DNA of 32,000 bases from Methylorubrum extorquens. Lineage in GTDB: Bacteria; Pseudomonadota; Alphaproteobacteria; Rhizobiales; Beijerinckiaceae. The first letter of the stretch is position 1; every line of letters starts with the position of its first letter. The stretch lies in assembly GCA_900234795.1 (NCBI GenBank), contig LT962688.1:1950001-1982000 (forward strand), in the 5' to 3' direction. This document shows positions 24,880 to 32,000 of this stretch, piece after piece. Position numbers and translations under genes: made by a program. A model generated the notes under the pieces. It was not told the DNA's origin. It searched no databases and saw only the letters and a program-made list of their open reading frames with translations.

Positions 24880-25760
24880 GGCGCGGTCTGATGTGGATGG
24901 AGAAGGGCAGCCAGGCGCTCGATCCCGTCGACCGTGCGCGGGCCGGGGATCAGGAACTCGGCGCGCGGCAGGGTGTGAGCGCGACCGGCCTGTACGGCGC
25001 GCATCTCACGAAAGCCCAGCCGAGCCGTGAGCTCTGCCAGCTCCCACTCCTGTCCTGCGAGAAGAAGCACATCTGGATCAGCGGCAAGGACCGCCTCCGG
25101 CGAGACCTGGGCGATTCCGCGATTGGCGAGCGCCGGACAAGCGCCGGCGCGGACGAGGGCATCACCGGTGTAGGAATCCTGACGCGCAACCAGCAGCAGC
25201 CCATTGCCGAGGCGTCCGGTCACGAGGATCGTGCGGGGGCAAACCGTGCCTGCGAGCCTGCGGGCTACTGCTGCAAGCCGCGCCTCCAGCCCCGCCGCAA
25301 CCGTCTCTCCACGCTCCGCCTCTCCGAGTGCCCGTCCAACGAGGCGGATGTTGCTGAGCACCTCACCGAGGCTGCGGCTCGTCAGCACGATCACCGGCAG
25401 GCCGAGCCGCTCCATCGGCACGAGGAGCTGGTGCGCTGCCTGCCGGGCCGGCGTGACGAGCACGAGGTCCGGGTTTTGTGCCACCACGGCATCGACCGAG
25501 AAGCCGAGGCGACCGCCAACCACGGGTTTGGTTGCAGCCTCGGGCGGGTAGCGGGTGAAGGCGTCGATGCCGACAATGCGGTCCGTGAGACCGAGGGCGG
25601 CTACTAGCTCCGTGTTCGAGGAGAAGATCGTCACGACCCGCCGCGGGGCTGCCCGCAGCTCTACCGTCCGACCGAGGGCATCGGTCAGGCGGATCGGCCC
25701 GGCCATAGCCGAACCGGCCACAGTCAGTCCGGCGAGCGCACCGATGATCGCAGCGTGCAT
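24876..25760 (-). CDS. periplasmic substrate-binding protein, class III (BtuF/FhuD-like)
   Basis: There is a signal peptide followed by RVVTIFSSNTELVAALGLTDRIVGID, the typical Peripla_BP_2 opening. The start lies immediately next to the receptor stop codon. Confidence 0.85.
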   Translation of the reverse strand: MHAAIIGALAGLTVAGSAMAGPIRLTDALGRTVELRAAPRRVVTIFSSNTELVAALGLTDRIVGIDAFTRYPPEAATKPVVGGRLGFSVDAVVAQNPDLVLVTPARQAAHQLLVPMERLGLPVIVLTSRSLGEVLSNIRLVGRALGEAERGETVAAGLEARLAAVARRLAGTVCPRTILVTGRLGNGLLLVARQDSYTGDALVRAGACPALANRGIAQVSPEAVLAADPDVLLLAGQEWELAELTARLGFREMRAVQAGRAHTLPRAEFLIPGPRTVDGIERLAALLHPHQTAP

Positions 25761-27947
25761 TCAGAACCGTGCCTGCAGGCCGAGTTGCACGTCCCGACCG
25801 GGTGCGGAGGTGCCGCCGCCGCCGTTGTACAAGCGCAGGTCGGCCAGGGTCGGCTGCTGCCCGGCGATGGCGATGAAGAGCGGGTGGTAGTTCACGTCGA
25901 ACAGGTTGCGTACCTGCGCGAACAGCTTCACCCCCGGCATCAGGTCCACCTCGCCGCGTATGTTGACGAGGAAGAAGGGATCCTTGCGCCAAATATACTC
26001 GCGGTAGGGCTCGGCCGCGGGCACGAGCAGGTTCTCCTCCGTGTTGTACCAGACTGGTCCGTTGAGCACCCCCTGAACCTGGATCGTCCAGGGATAGGGG
26101 ACGTCGGCCTGACCGAAGCGAGTGCCGAGGGCGAGCTGGTACTCGTAGACGCGCTCGACCCGGCGCGTGTTGGCGCTGGCGACGCTGACGGCGCCCTCGT
26201 CCTTCATGTCGAAGTTGTAGTTGCCGTTGGCGTAAGCCCGCCAGCGCCAGCTGCCGGGCTCCCAGCCGAGGGTGCGGATCATGTCCGTCTCGTACTGAAC
26301 CTCGATGCCACGGATGAGCACATCGCCCGCGTTGTTCACGTAGTCCGAGGTGTTGCTGTTGGGCCCACGCGAACGGGTGATGATGCGGTCCGAGATGATG
26401 TTCTGGAACAATGCCACGTCGAGGCGCGAGACCCCGTTCGTCAGGGTTGTGCCGATCTCGATCTGCTCGCTCGTCTCGGGCCGAATGTTTGCGTTGCCGA
26501 AGATGCGTCCGCCGCCGAGCGTGTTGTAGTCCGCCGCGATTTCTGTTGCGGTCGGCGCTCGGAAGCCCGACGAGGCGCCGACGCGGAAGGCGGCCCAGTC
26601 AGTTGCCCGGTAGGTCGCGCCGACGGAGTAGGTTGTGGCTTCGTAGGGGCGCGAGCCGGTAATCTGCCCGGCGAGGAACGGAGTCGGATCGAAGCTCGTG
26701 GTGCCGTAGGTCTGGCGGATGCCAGCCCGCAGCGTCACCCGATCGTCGAACAGGCGCTGGGTGTCCTCGACGTAGAGGGCGTGGAACTGGTCGGTCTGGT
26801 TGTTGTCCTGCGGTGAGACCTGAGCCAACGGGTTGCCGGGCACGCCGGCGCGGAAGCGATCGGAGCGCAGCCGGCTCGTCTCCCAATCCCAACCGAGAAG
26901 CAGGTCGTTGCCCGCAAATAGGCTCACGCGTGGCTGGAAGCGGGTGCCGAGGATGTCGAGGTTGCGCGTGTTGAAGTCCGCCTGCGTGCCTGGCACCGGG
27001 AGCCCGGTGCCGCCGCGCTGGATCGGCGAGGCCCATTTGAAATGGTCCTCGTCAGTGACGCTGTAAAACTGCGCAAACAGGCTTGCGCGCCCGTCATCGG
27101 TGCGCCCGGTATAGCTCGCATCAAACGATCCGTTGATACGGTTGTCCCGGCTGTAGAGGTTACCACCGGAACCGCGGAAGCCGACCCCGTAGATGCCGTC
27201 CGTGCGAAGCGTAAAGTCGAGCCGCTGGTTCGGGTCGATCTGGAAGCCGAGCGCGCCGGTGATGCCCATCCGGTTCCACTGAGTATTGGCCATCCGGTCG
27301 CCCGAACCGGCATAGTAGTCGTCGCGCTTGGCCCCCGAGAGGCCGAGATAGTAGTCGAACGGACCGACGACCCCACCGGTCTGCGCACGTCCCTGCGCCA
27401 GCCCCCAGACGCCGCCGATGCCCTCGACAAGGGTACCGGGCGCAGTGCGGCCGGTCTTCAGGATGACGTTGATGACGCCGCCGATGTTCTGGCTGCCGTA
27501 GATGACCGAGGAAGGACCGCGCACGATCTCGATCCGCTCGACATCGGCGATGGAGAGCTTGGATAGGTTCGCCGTACCAGCCCGGCGGCCGTTCATGAGG
27601 ACGAGGACTTGGCTGCGGAAGTCCTTGCCTTGGCCGTCGGTGGCACCGCCGCGGATGTTGATCGAGGTCTGACCCGGCGTCCATTCCGAGAAAAAGCCGA
27701 CGGCGTTCTCGGCCAGCAGGTCGGTCACCGATTTGGCGGTCGAGTTCTCGATCATCGTACGATCGATAACCTGGACGGTGCCGGCGATCTCGGAGCGCGG
27801 CTCGGGCCGGCCGGTAGCGGTCACCACGAGCTCATCGAGGCTCACCGCGGCGCTGCCGGCGACGGTGGTGCCTTCCTGTGCCATCGCGGCGACTGAGTGC
27901 GTGCTGCCGGCAAGGAGAAGCACGAGAGGGAAAAAGGCGCGAGGCAT
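25761..27947 (-). CDS. TonB-dependent outer-membrane receptor (BtuB-like by riboswitch context)
   Basis: A signal peptide is followed by a TonB box (DELVVTATG) and plug motifs (IEIVRGPSSVIYGSQNIGGVINVI). The C-terminus ends in an aromatic residue (..LGLQARF). Its ATG at 27947 overlaps the stop of the upstream gene (TGATG). Confidence 0.9.
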   Translation of the reverse strand: MPRAFFPLVLLLAGSTHSVAAMAQEGTTVAGSAAVSLDELVVTATGRPEPRSEIAGTVQVIDRTMIENSTAKSVTDLLAENAVGFFSEWTPGQTSINIRGGATDGQGKDFRSQVLVLMNGRRAGTANLSKLSIADVERIEIVRGPSSVIYGSQNIGGVINVILKTGRTAPGTLVEGIGGVWGLAQGRAQTGGVVGPFDYYLGLSGAKRDDYYAGSGDRMANTQWNRMGITGALGFQIDPNQRLDFTLRTDGIYGVGFRGSGGNLYSRDNRINGSFDASYTGRTDDGRASLFAQFYSVTDEDHFKWASPIQRGGTGLPVPGTQADFNTRNLDILGTRFQPRVSLFAGNDLLLGWDWETSRLRSDRFRAGVPGNPLAQVSPQDNNQTDQFHALYVEDTQRLFDDRVTLRAGIRQTYGTTSFDPTPFLAGQITGSRPYEATTYSVGATYRATDWAAFRVGASSGFRAPTATEIAADYNTLGGGRIFGNANIRPETSEQIEIGTTLTNGVSRLDVALFQNIISDRIITRSRGPNSNTSDYVNNAGDVLIRGIEVQYETDMIRTLGWEPGSWRWRAYANGNYNFDMKDEGAVSVASANTRRVERVYEYQLALGTRFGQADVPYPWTIQVQGVLNGPVWYNTEENLLVPAAEPYREYIWRKDPFFLVNIRGEVDLMPGVKLFAQVRNLFDVNYHPLFIAIAGQQPTLADLRLYNGGGGTSAPGRDVQLGLQARF

Positions 27948-28732
27948 CACGAGGCGGTCCTCCACACGAGGAGGGCGGAGGCTCGGGGAACGGACAGGCG
28001 GTGTCCGCCCGGCACGGACACGGCTTGGGCGGCAAGATGTTCGTAGAGCTCGCGTCGGCGGCCGTCATCGAGGGCCCAACCGAGGCGGTCGGCAAGGGAG
28101 CCGGAAGTCCGTTCCACGTCTCGAACGACTGCGCTGAAGGTCCACTCTGTTCGCGCCGCGATAGACGGCTGATCGCATGGCGGCAGGTTGCTTAGGACGA
28201 CGTCGATGCCCGGCGTCTCGTCTTCGCCGTGCCAAGCAGGGGGCAGACAGCCAGCGAGGCAAAGGCCTCGCGGGCCGCGCTGGGCCGGAACCAGCCAGAT
28301 GACGTTGTTGCGGGTCCAAGCGCGGCACTGACGTAAAAAGACGCCCGCATCCGAGAGCGGGGCAGCGATGTTGGCGGCTAGCACGGTGTCTGCGGATCCT
28401 GCCGACAGATCGGCTTGTTGCCACCCTACCGGCAGAAGGTGAGGCGGCGGCACGAGCGCGCGCAGGCGCTGCTGCATCCCCATGTTCGGCTCTATGGCGA
28501 TCCAGGCTGCAAGCGGATCGCGCACAGCCTGGCCGAGTTGCCCGCCCCCGGCGCCGACATCAAGCAGGTCGCCAATGCGCGGCACTGCCGCTCGAAGAAG
28601 CGGGGCGACATGCGCGACGTAGTCGGATGTGTCGATGCCGGCCGCGTAGAGTTCGAGAGGATCGACTCCGATCTCGCTCGCCTCAGGCGGCGCAACGCTG
28701 AAGGGTCGTATGGTTGTGCAATTTTGTTTCAT
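27947..28732 (-). CDS. uncharacterised protein with a class I SAM-methyltransferase-like motif; first gene of the riboswitch operon
   Basis: The 261-aa ORF has a GGGGAAGGA Shine-Dalgarno sequence upstream of ATG 28732. Motif I-like LLDVGAGGGQLG is followed by a ..IAIEPN.. acidic loop and ..DTVLAANI... I recognise no further family features. Confidence 0.6.
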   Translation of the reverse strand: MKQNCTTIRPFSVAPPEASEIGVDPLELYAAGIDTSDYVAHVAPLLRAAVPRIGDLLDVGAGGGQLGQAVRDPLAAWIAIEPNMGMQQRLRALVPPPHLLPVGWQQADLSAGSADTVLAANIAAPLSDAGVFLRQCRAWTRNNVIWLVPAQRGPRGLCLAGCLPPAWHGEDETPGIDVVLSNLPPCDQPSIAARTEWTFSAVVRDVERTSGSLADRLGWALDDGRRRELYEHLAAQAVSVPGGHRLSVPRASALLVWRTAS

Positions 28733-28844
28733 CGGTCCTTCCCCGAACCATGACGGGGGACCGTGGGCGCAAGCCGACGTCGCGGCTGCCGCAACGTGCG
28801 ATCATGCGGCCCGTTGGGACACCCCGCCCACGAGACATTTCACG

Positions 28845-29030
28845 GTCATGGCAGGTCTCCTGGCTCACGGGTCGCCGCCACCCGTCTGGCCTTCCCGGTG
28901 ATCTCTCACCAGTGACGCAGATCGACGGATGACTCGCCGCTTACAGTTGCGGGGGCAGCTCCGGTTTGGGCGCAAGCGCCGCACCGGATTCCCTCTTAGC
29001 TCGCCATGTCGGATGGCGAGAACCTTAACC
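28845..29030 (-). promoter_or_regulatory. cobalamin (B12) riboswitch aptamer
   Basis: The minus-strand RNA reads GGTTCTCGCCATCCGACATGGCGAGCTAAGAGGGAATCCGGTGCGGCGCTTGCGCCCAAACCGGAGCTGCCCCCGCAACTGTAAGCGGCGAG...GTCACTGGTGAGAGATCACCGGGAAGGCCAGACGGG..GACCCGTGAGCCAGGAGACCTGCC. It contains the conserved AGGGAA, GGTG, GCCCCCGCAACTGT, CACTGG and GGGAAGGC elements, plus the B12 box AGCCAGGAGACCTGCC at nt 28850-28865. A possible TTGACA -35 element lies at 29060-29065 on the minus strand. Confidence 0.85.
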
Positions 29031-29637
29031 GCAGCTCATAGACCAAGCGGCGTTGAGGTTGTCAACTGCCAAAAGCTATCTCATGGTGACTTAATTCACC
29101 GACCAAATTTGCTTGATATCGTTTGCGAAAGCTCCACTAACGAGCAGATGTGACCAGCAACACAGAAAAAGCGGAGCTCACCTTCTGAGCGCCAGGCTGG
29201 CAATCTTTGTGCATGGAGGCGCTTCAAGCGGACGGGGCAGCATCTGCACTCTTGATGAGGGCAATCGCACCCCTGGATACTTCGCACACAGGTGTCGAGC
29301 CGGCTTGCACATCGCCGCGGCACGGGTCTCTCGATCGAATGAGGGATAGCGCGCTCGGGCTCGGTTCATGTGTATGTAACATTATAACATATCGTTCTTG
29401 TCAAGCTCCGAATCTGATGCTCAGCGGCCGCTCGCATATGGACAGCGCCACTGCTGTGGAACGTATGGATCGGGAGCACGAGCTGAGCGTTCAGTAGCGC
29501 ATTTAGTCGATCGGCTTCGACGGATCCCCGCAGGGCTAGGCGCAAACACCACACCTCTTGGCTTTCGGAAGCGGGGTCGCCGGTAAATCCCTCCTCGGTG
29601 GATTGACCAGCACTTCCGGCGAACCTTAAGTGCAGCC

Positions 29638-30006
29638 ATGCGCGGGTGCTTGCCTCGGACGGTCCAAGGCCGCGCGATCATCGCCGTGATCGCGCTTTAC
29701 GCGCTATTTCTGCAGTCCTTCCTTGGCGGCCTCGTCCCGTTGCCCTCCATCCCAGTCGGCGGTGTGATCTGCGCCGAGCACGACGGTTCGACCGTGCCGA
29801 GCGATCACGGGCCGGCCTGCCAACACCACACCTGTTGCACGGCGGTGCAAGCCGCGCAGTTGCTCCACCCGCTCCTGTCGGCGTTTGCGACAGTGGCATG
29901 GGCCCCGACACGGGTGGCTTCCGCCTCGTGGCGCCACGCCGGTACAGTCCGAGCACGCGCACCTCCCGACCAGTCCGTTAGTCCACGAGGTCCGCCCGCC
30001 GTCTGA
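29638..30006 (+). CDS. DUF2946-like small Cys/His-rich membrane protein
   Basis: The 122-aa product has an N-terminal TM helix (IIAVIALYALFLQSFLGGLV) followed by ..VICAEHDG..HGPACQHHTCC... Its position directly upstream of a PepSY-TM protein and a TonB receptor is typical for DUF2946. Confidence 0.6.
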   Translation: MRGCLPRTVQGRAIIAVIALYALFLQSFLGGLVPLPSIPVGGVICAEHDGSTVPSDHGPACQHHTCCTAVQAAQLLHPLLSAFATVAWAPTRVASASWRHAGTVRARAPPDQSVSPRGPPAV

Positions 30007-30046
30007 CCGATCCGCTTCCTAGATCGCTCAGACCCGGACCTTTCCC

Positions 30047-31423
30047 ATGTCACAGTCTCTCCAGGGCGGCGCGACGGCGTTTTCCGCCGTCGTCGTCGCG
30101 CGCCCGGCGCAGGACGCCGTCTACCGCGCCGTCTGGCGCTGGCACTTCTACGCCGGCTTGCTCTGCCTGCCCTTTCTGATCCTGCTCTCCGTCACCGGCT
30201 CGCTCTACCTCTTCAAGGACGAGATCAATGGCAGCCTGTTCGCCAACCGGACGACGGTGGCGCCAAAGGCCAGCCAGCCTCTCAGCCCGGACGTCCTGCT
30301 CTTCAACGCCTCAGAGGCCGTGCCCACGGGCGTGCCGGTCTCGCTTGCCGACCCAGCCGACCCGACCGCTGCAGCCGTGGCGACGATGGCTGAGGGCCCT
30401 CGCAGGACACTCGTCTACCTGAACCCCTACAACGGTGACGTGCTCGACCGGACCGACCGCGACGGCGAGTTCATGATGGTCGTGCGGCGCCTGCACAGCC
30501 TCGCCTACTTCGGCACGCTCGCGAACGCCGTCATCGAGGTCGTGGCCGGCTTCGCCATCATCCTCGTGGTCACCGGCACCTACCTCTGGTGGCCACGCCG
30601 GCAGGACGGTGGCGTCGTCAGTGTTCGTGGAACGCCGCGCAAGCGCGTCTGGTGGCGCGACCTCCACGCCGTCACGGGCTCGGTAGCCGGCGCCGGCCTG
30701 TTCTTCCTCGCCGCGACGGGCCTGCCGTGGTCGGTCTGGTGGGGCCAGCAGTTACGCACCCTGTCCAACGAGGGCGGCGTCGGCCAGCCGCGGGCTCTGT
30801 GGGCCAACAAGCCTGTTTCGAACGTGCCGATGCAGGAGATGCTCACCACGACGGGGTGGGCGATGGAGGACGCGCCGGTCCCGGTCTCGCAGCCGAGCTT
30901 GGCGAGGCCCATCGGCCTTGCGCGCGCCGTCGAGATCCTGCGCGGTCTCGGGATGCCGCGCGGCTTCGAGATTTCCCTGCCGGTGGGTGAGACCGGCGTC
31001 TATGCCGCGGCAGCCTACCCAAAGGACGTGGCCGGGCAGCGGATGATCTCGCTCGACCAGTACACGGGAAAGCCGCTCGTCGATGTGCGCTTCGACGACC
31101 TCGGCGGGGTCGCCCGGGCCATCCAGTACGGCATCGGCATCCACAAGGGCGAGCACTGGGGCCGGGCCAACAAACTCGCGATGCTGGCCTTCTGCCTCGC
31201 CACCATCCTGCTGTCGGTGACGGCTGCGGTGATGTGGTGGAAGCGCCGGCCCGCCGGCCGCCTCGGCGTTCCGCCTTGGCCGCGCGACCGGCGCGTCGCC
31301 ACGACCGTGACCATGATCGTGCTCGGCCTCGGCGCGCTGTTCCCGCTGACCGGTCTGGCAATCCTCGGCATGATCCTCGTCGACCTCACCGTCCAGGCCC
31401 TGCGCCCGCACCTGGCGCGCTGA
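30047..31423 (+). CDS. PepSY-associated TM-helix protein (PiuB-like)
   Basis: The N-terminus is YRAVWRWHFYAGLLCLPFLILLSVTGSLYLFKDEI. Other family features are ..RRLHSLAYFG.., ..GIGIHKGEHWG.. and four TM helices separated by periplasmic PepSY-like segments. Confidence 0.8.
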   Translation: MSQSLQGGATAFSAVVVARPAQDAVYRAVWRWHFYAGLLCLPFLILLSVTGSLYLFKDEINGSLFANRTTVAPKASQPLSPDVLLFNASEAVPTGVPVSLADPADPTAAAVATMAEGPRRTLVYLNPYNGDVLDRTDRDGEFMMVVRRLHSLAYFGTLANAVIEVVAGFAIILVVTGTYLWWPRRQDGGVVSVRGTPRKRVWWRDLHAVTGSVAGAGLFFLAATGLPWSVWWGQQLRTLSNEGGVGQPRALWANKPVSNVPMQEMLTTTGWAMEDAPVPVSQPSLARPIGLARAVEILRGLGMPRGFEISLPVGETGVYAAAAYPKDVAGQRMISLDQYTGKPLVDVRFDDLGGVARAIQYGIGIHKGEHWGRANKLAMLAFCLATILLSVTAAVMWWKRRPAGRLGVPPWPRDRRVATTVTMIVLGLGALFPLTGLAILGMILVDLTVQALRPHLAR

Positions 31424-31530
31424 CCGCGCGGCCGGGGCCGAAGGCGCCCCGCCCCCCCCTGCACCCTTCGCTTCTCCTTTCCCGGTCGCAGCGGTCGCAT
31501 CCGCCTGCCGCCATCCGACGAGCATCCGTC

Positions 31531-32000
31531 ATGTCCCACCGCCGTTCCGGCCATCGTGCCCGCGCGCTCAGCCTGATCCTGGCCGCTAGCCCGCTAGCTA
31601 TCACCGCCGCGCAGGCCCAAGGTGGCCAGGCTGTCGCCCTGGAAGAGATCTCCGTCACCTCGGAGGGCAACGGCGGCTCCGGTAGTGCGCCGACCGCGGC
31701 GGCCGGTGTCGCCAGGCCCGGCCTGCCGCTGGTCTCCGCTCCAACACCCTTGGACAGACCGGTGGGTGAGGTCGTCACCAGCGTCGGGCGCGAGGGCGTC
31801 ATCGACAATCGCGCCGCCACGAGCGTCGCGGACATCCTGCGGAACAGCCCCGGCGTGACGGTGCGGCAGGGCAATGGTCCCCGCGACGTCGTTGTCTCGA
31901 TCCGCGGCAACAACGCCCGCGCCACCGGCGTGTCGCGCAACATGGTTGTGCTGGAGGACGGCTTCCCCGTTACCCAAGCGGACGGCTCCTCGCGCTTCGA
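31531..32000 (+). CDS. TonB-dependent receptor, 5' part (runs off the window)
   Basis: This ORF is not in the track because it has no stop inside the window. From ATG 31531 it gives MSHRRSGHRARALSLILAASPLAITAAQAQ.. (signal peptide), then LEEISVTSEG (TonB-box-like), ..SVADILRNSPGVTVRQGNGPRDVVVSIRGNNAR..VVLEDGFPV (plug domain). Confidence 0.8.
   Translation, partial: MSHRRSGHRARALSLILAASPLAITAAQAQGGQAVALEEISVTSEGNGGSGSAPTAAAGVARPGLPLVSAPTPLDRPVGEVVTSVGREGVIDNRAATSVADILRNSPGVTVRQGNGPRDVVVSIRGNNARATGVSRNMVVLEDGFPVTQADGSSRF

Noticed and set aside
10000-25000. Type I secretion system (ABC-MFP-TolC) expected next to an RTX protein
   Set aside because: I looked for one on both sides of the giant gene. 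The only ABC genes (23150-24879) are FecCD/BtuCD-type importer components in the riboswitch operon, not HlyB-like exporters. None was found in the window.
29381-29404. Perfect TTGACA and TATAAT hexamers (minus strand) taken as a sigma-70 promoter
   Set aside because: The spacer is only 12 nt, against the required 16-18 nt. No credible gene or RNA lies downstream on that strand. I kept it only as a curiosity within the control-region finding.

Overview
This is a high-GC (roughly two-thirds G+C by eye) window that looks alphaproteobacterial. The evidence is an ALA-synthase-type hemA, a GAAC-N7-GAAC SOS box, DUF983 and RTX-type proteins. A Hyphomicrobiales/Methylobacterium-like origin is only an inference. 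All family calls come from motifs I recognise in the translations; no searches were run.

Layout, left to right:
(1) Housekeeping block: a lipobox c-type cytochrome, a TehA-like transporter, a MocR regulator, a frameshifted DUF983 gene, then hemA-cioA-cioB-DUF2474 packed tightly on one strand.
(2) Decay zone at 7.7-9.3 kb: a nitrilase N-terminal fragment, an amine-oxidase C-terminal fragment, an IS3 orfA fragment and an unassigned fragment.
(3) dinB with an upstream SOS box, followed by an orphan 119-aa ORF.
(4) A roughly 7 kb gene (11714-18742/18883, minus strand). It encodes a 2,342-2,389-aa protein combining a peroxidase-cyclooxygenase-superfamily haem peroxidase domain, several RTX Ca-binding nonapeptide blocks, an Asp/His-rich linker and six C-terminal ~38-aa repeats. 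No type I secretion genes lie nearby.
(5) An internally deleted IS630 remnant, a translationally coupled HisKA_3 kinase / NarL-type regulator pair, and a secreted cupin.
(6) A second decay zone at 22.3-23.15 kb.
(7) A five-gene operon on the minus strand behind a textbook cobalamin riboswitch: an unknown methyltransferase-like gene, a TonB-dependent receptor, a binding protein, a permease and an ATPase.
(8) A divergent DUF2946-PepSY-TonB receptor module that runs off the window end.

I found no rRNA, tRNA or CRISPR array. I see no recognisable defence or toxin system. The most unusual objects are the giant RTX-peroxidase and the uncharacterised first gene of the B12-riboswitch operon.
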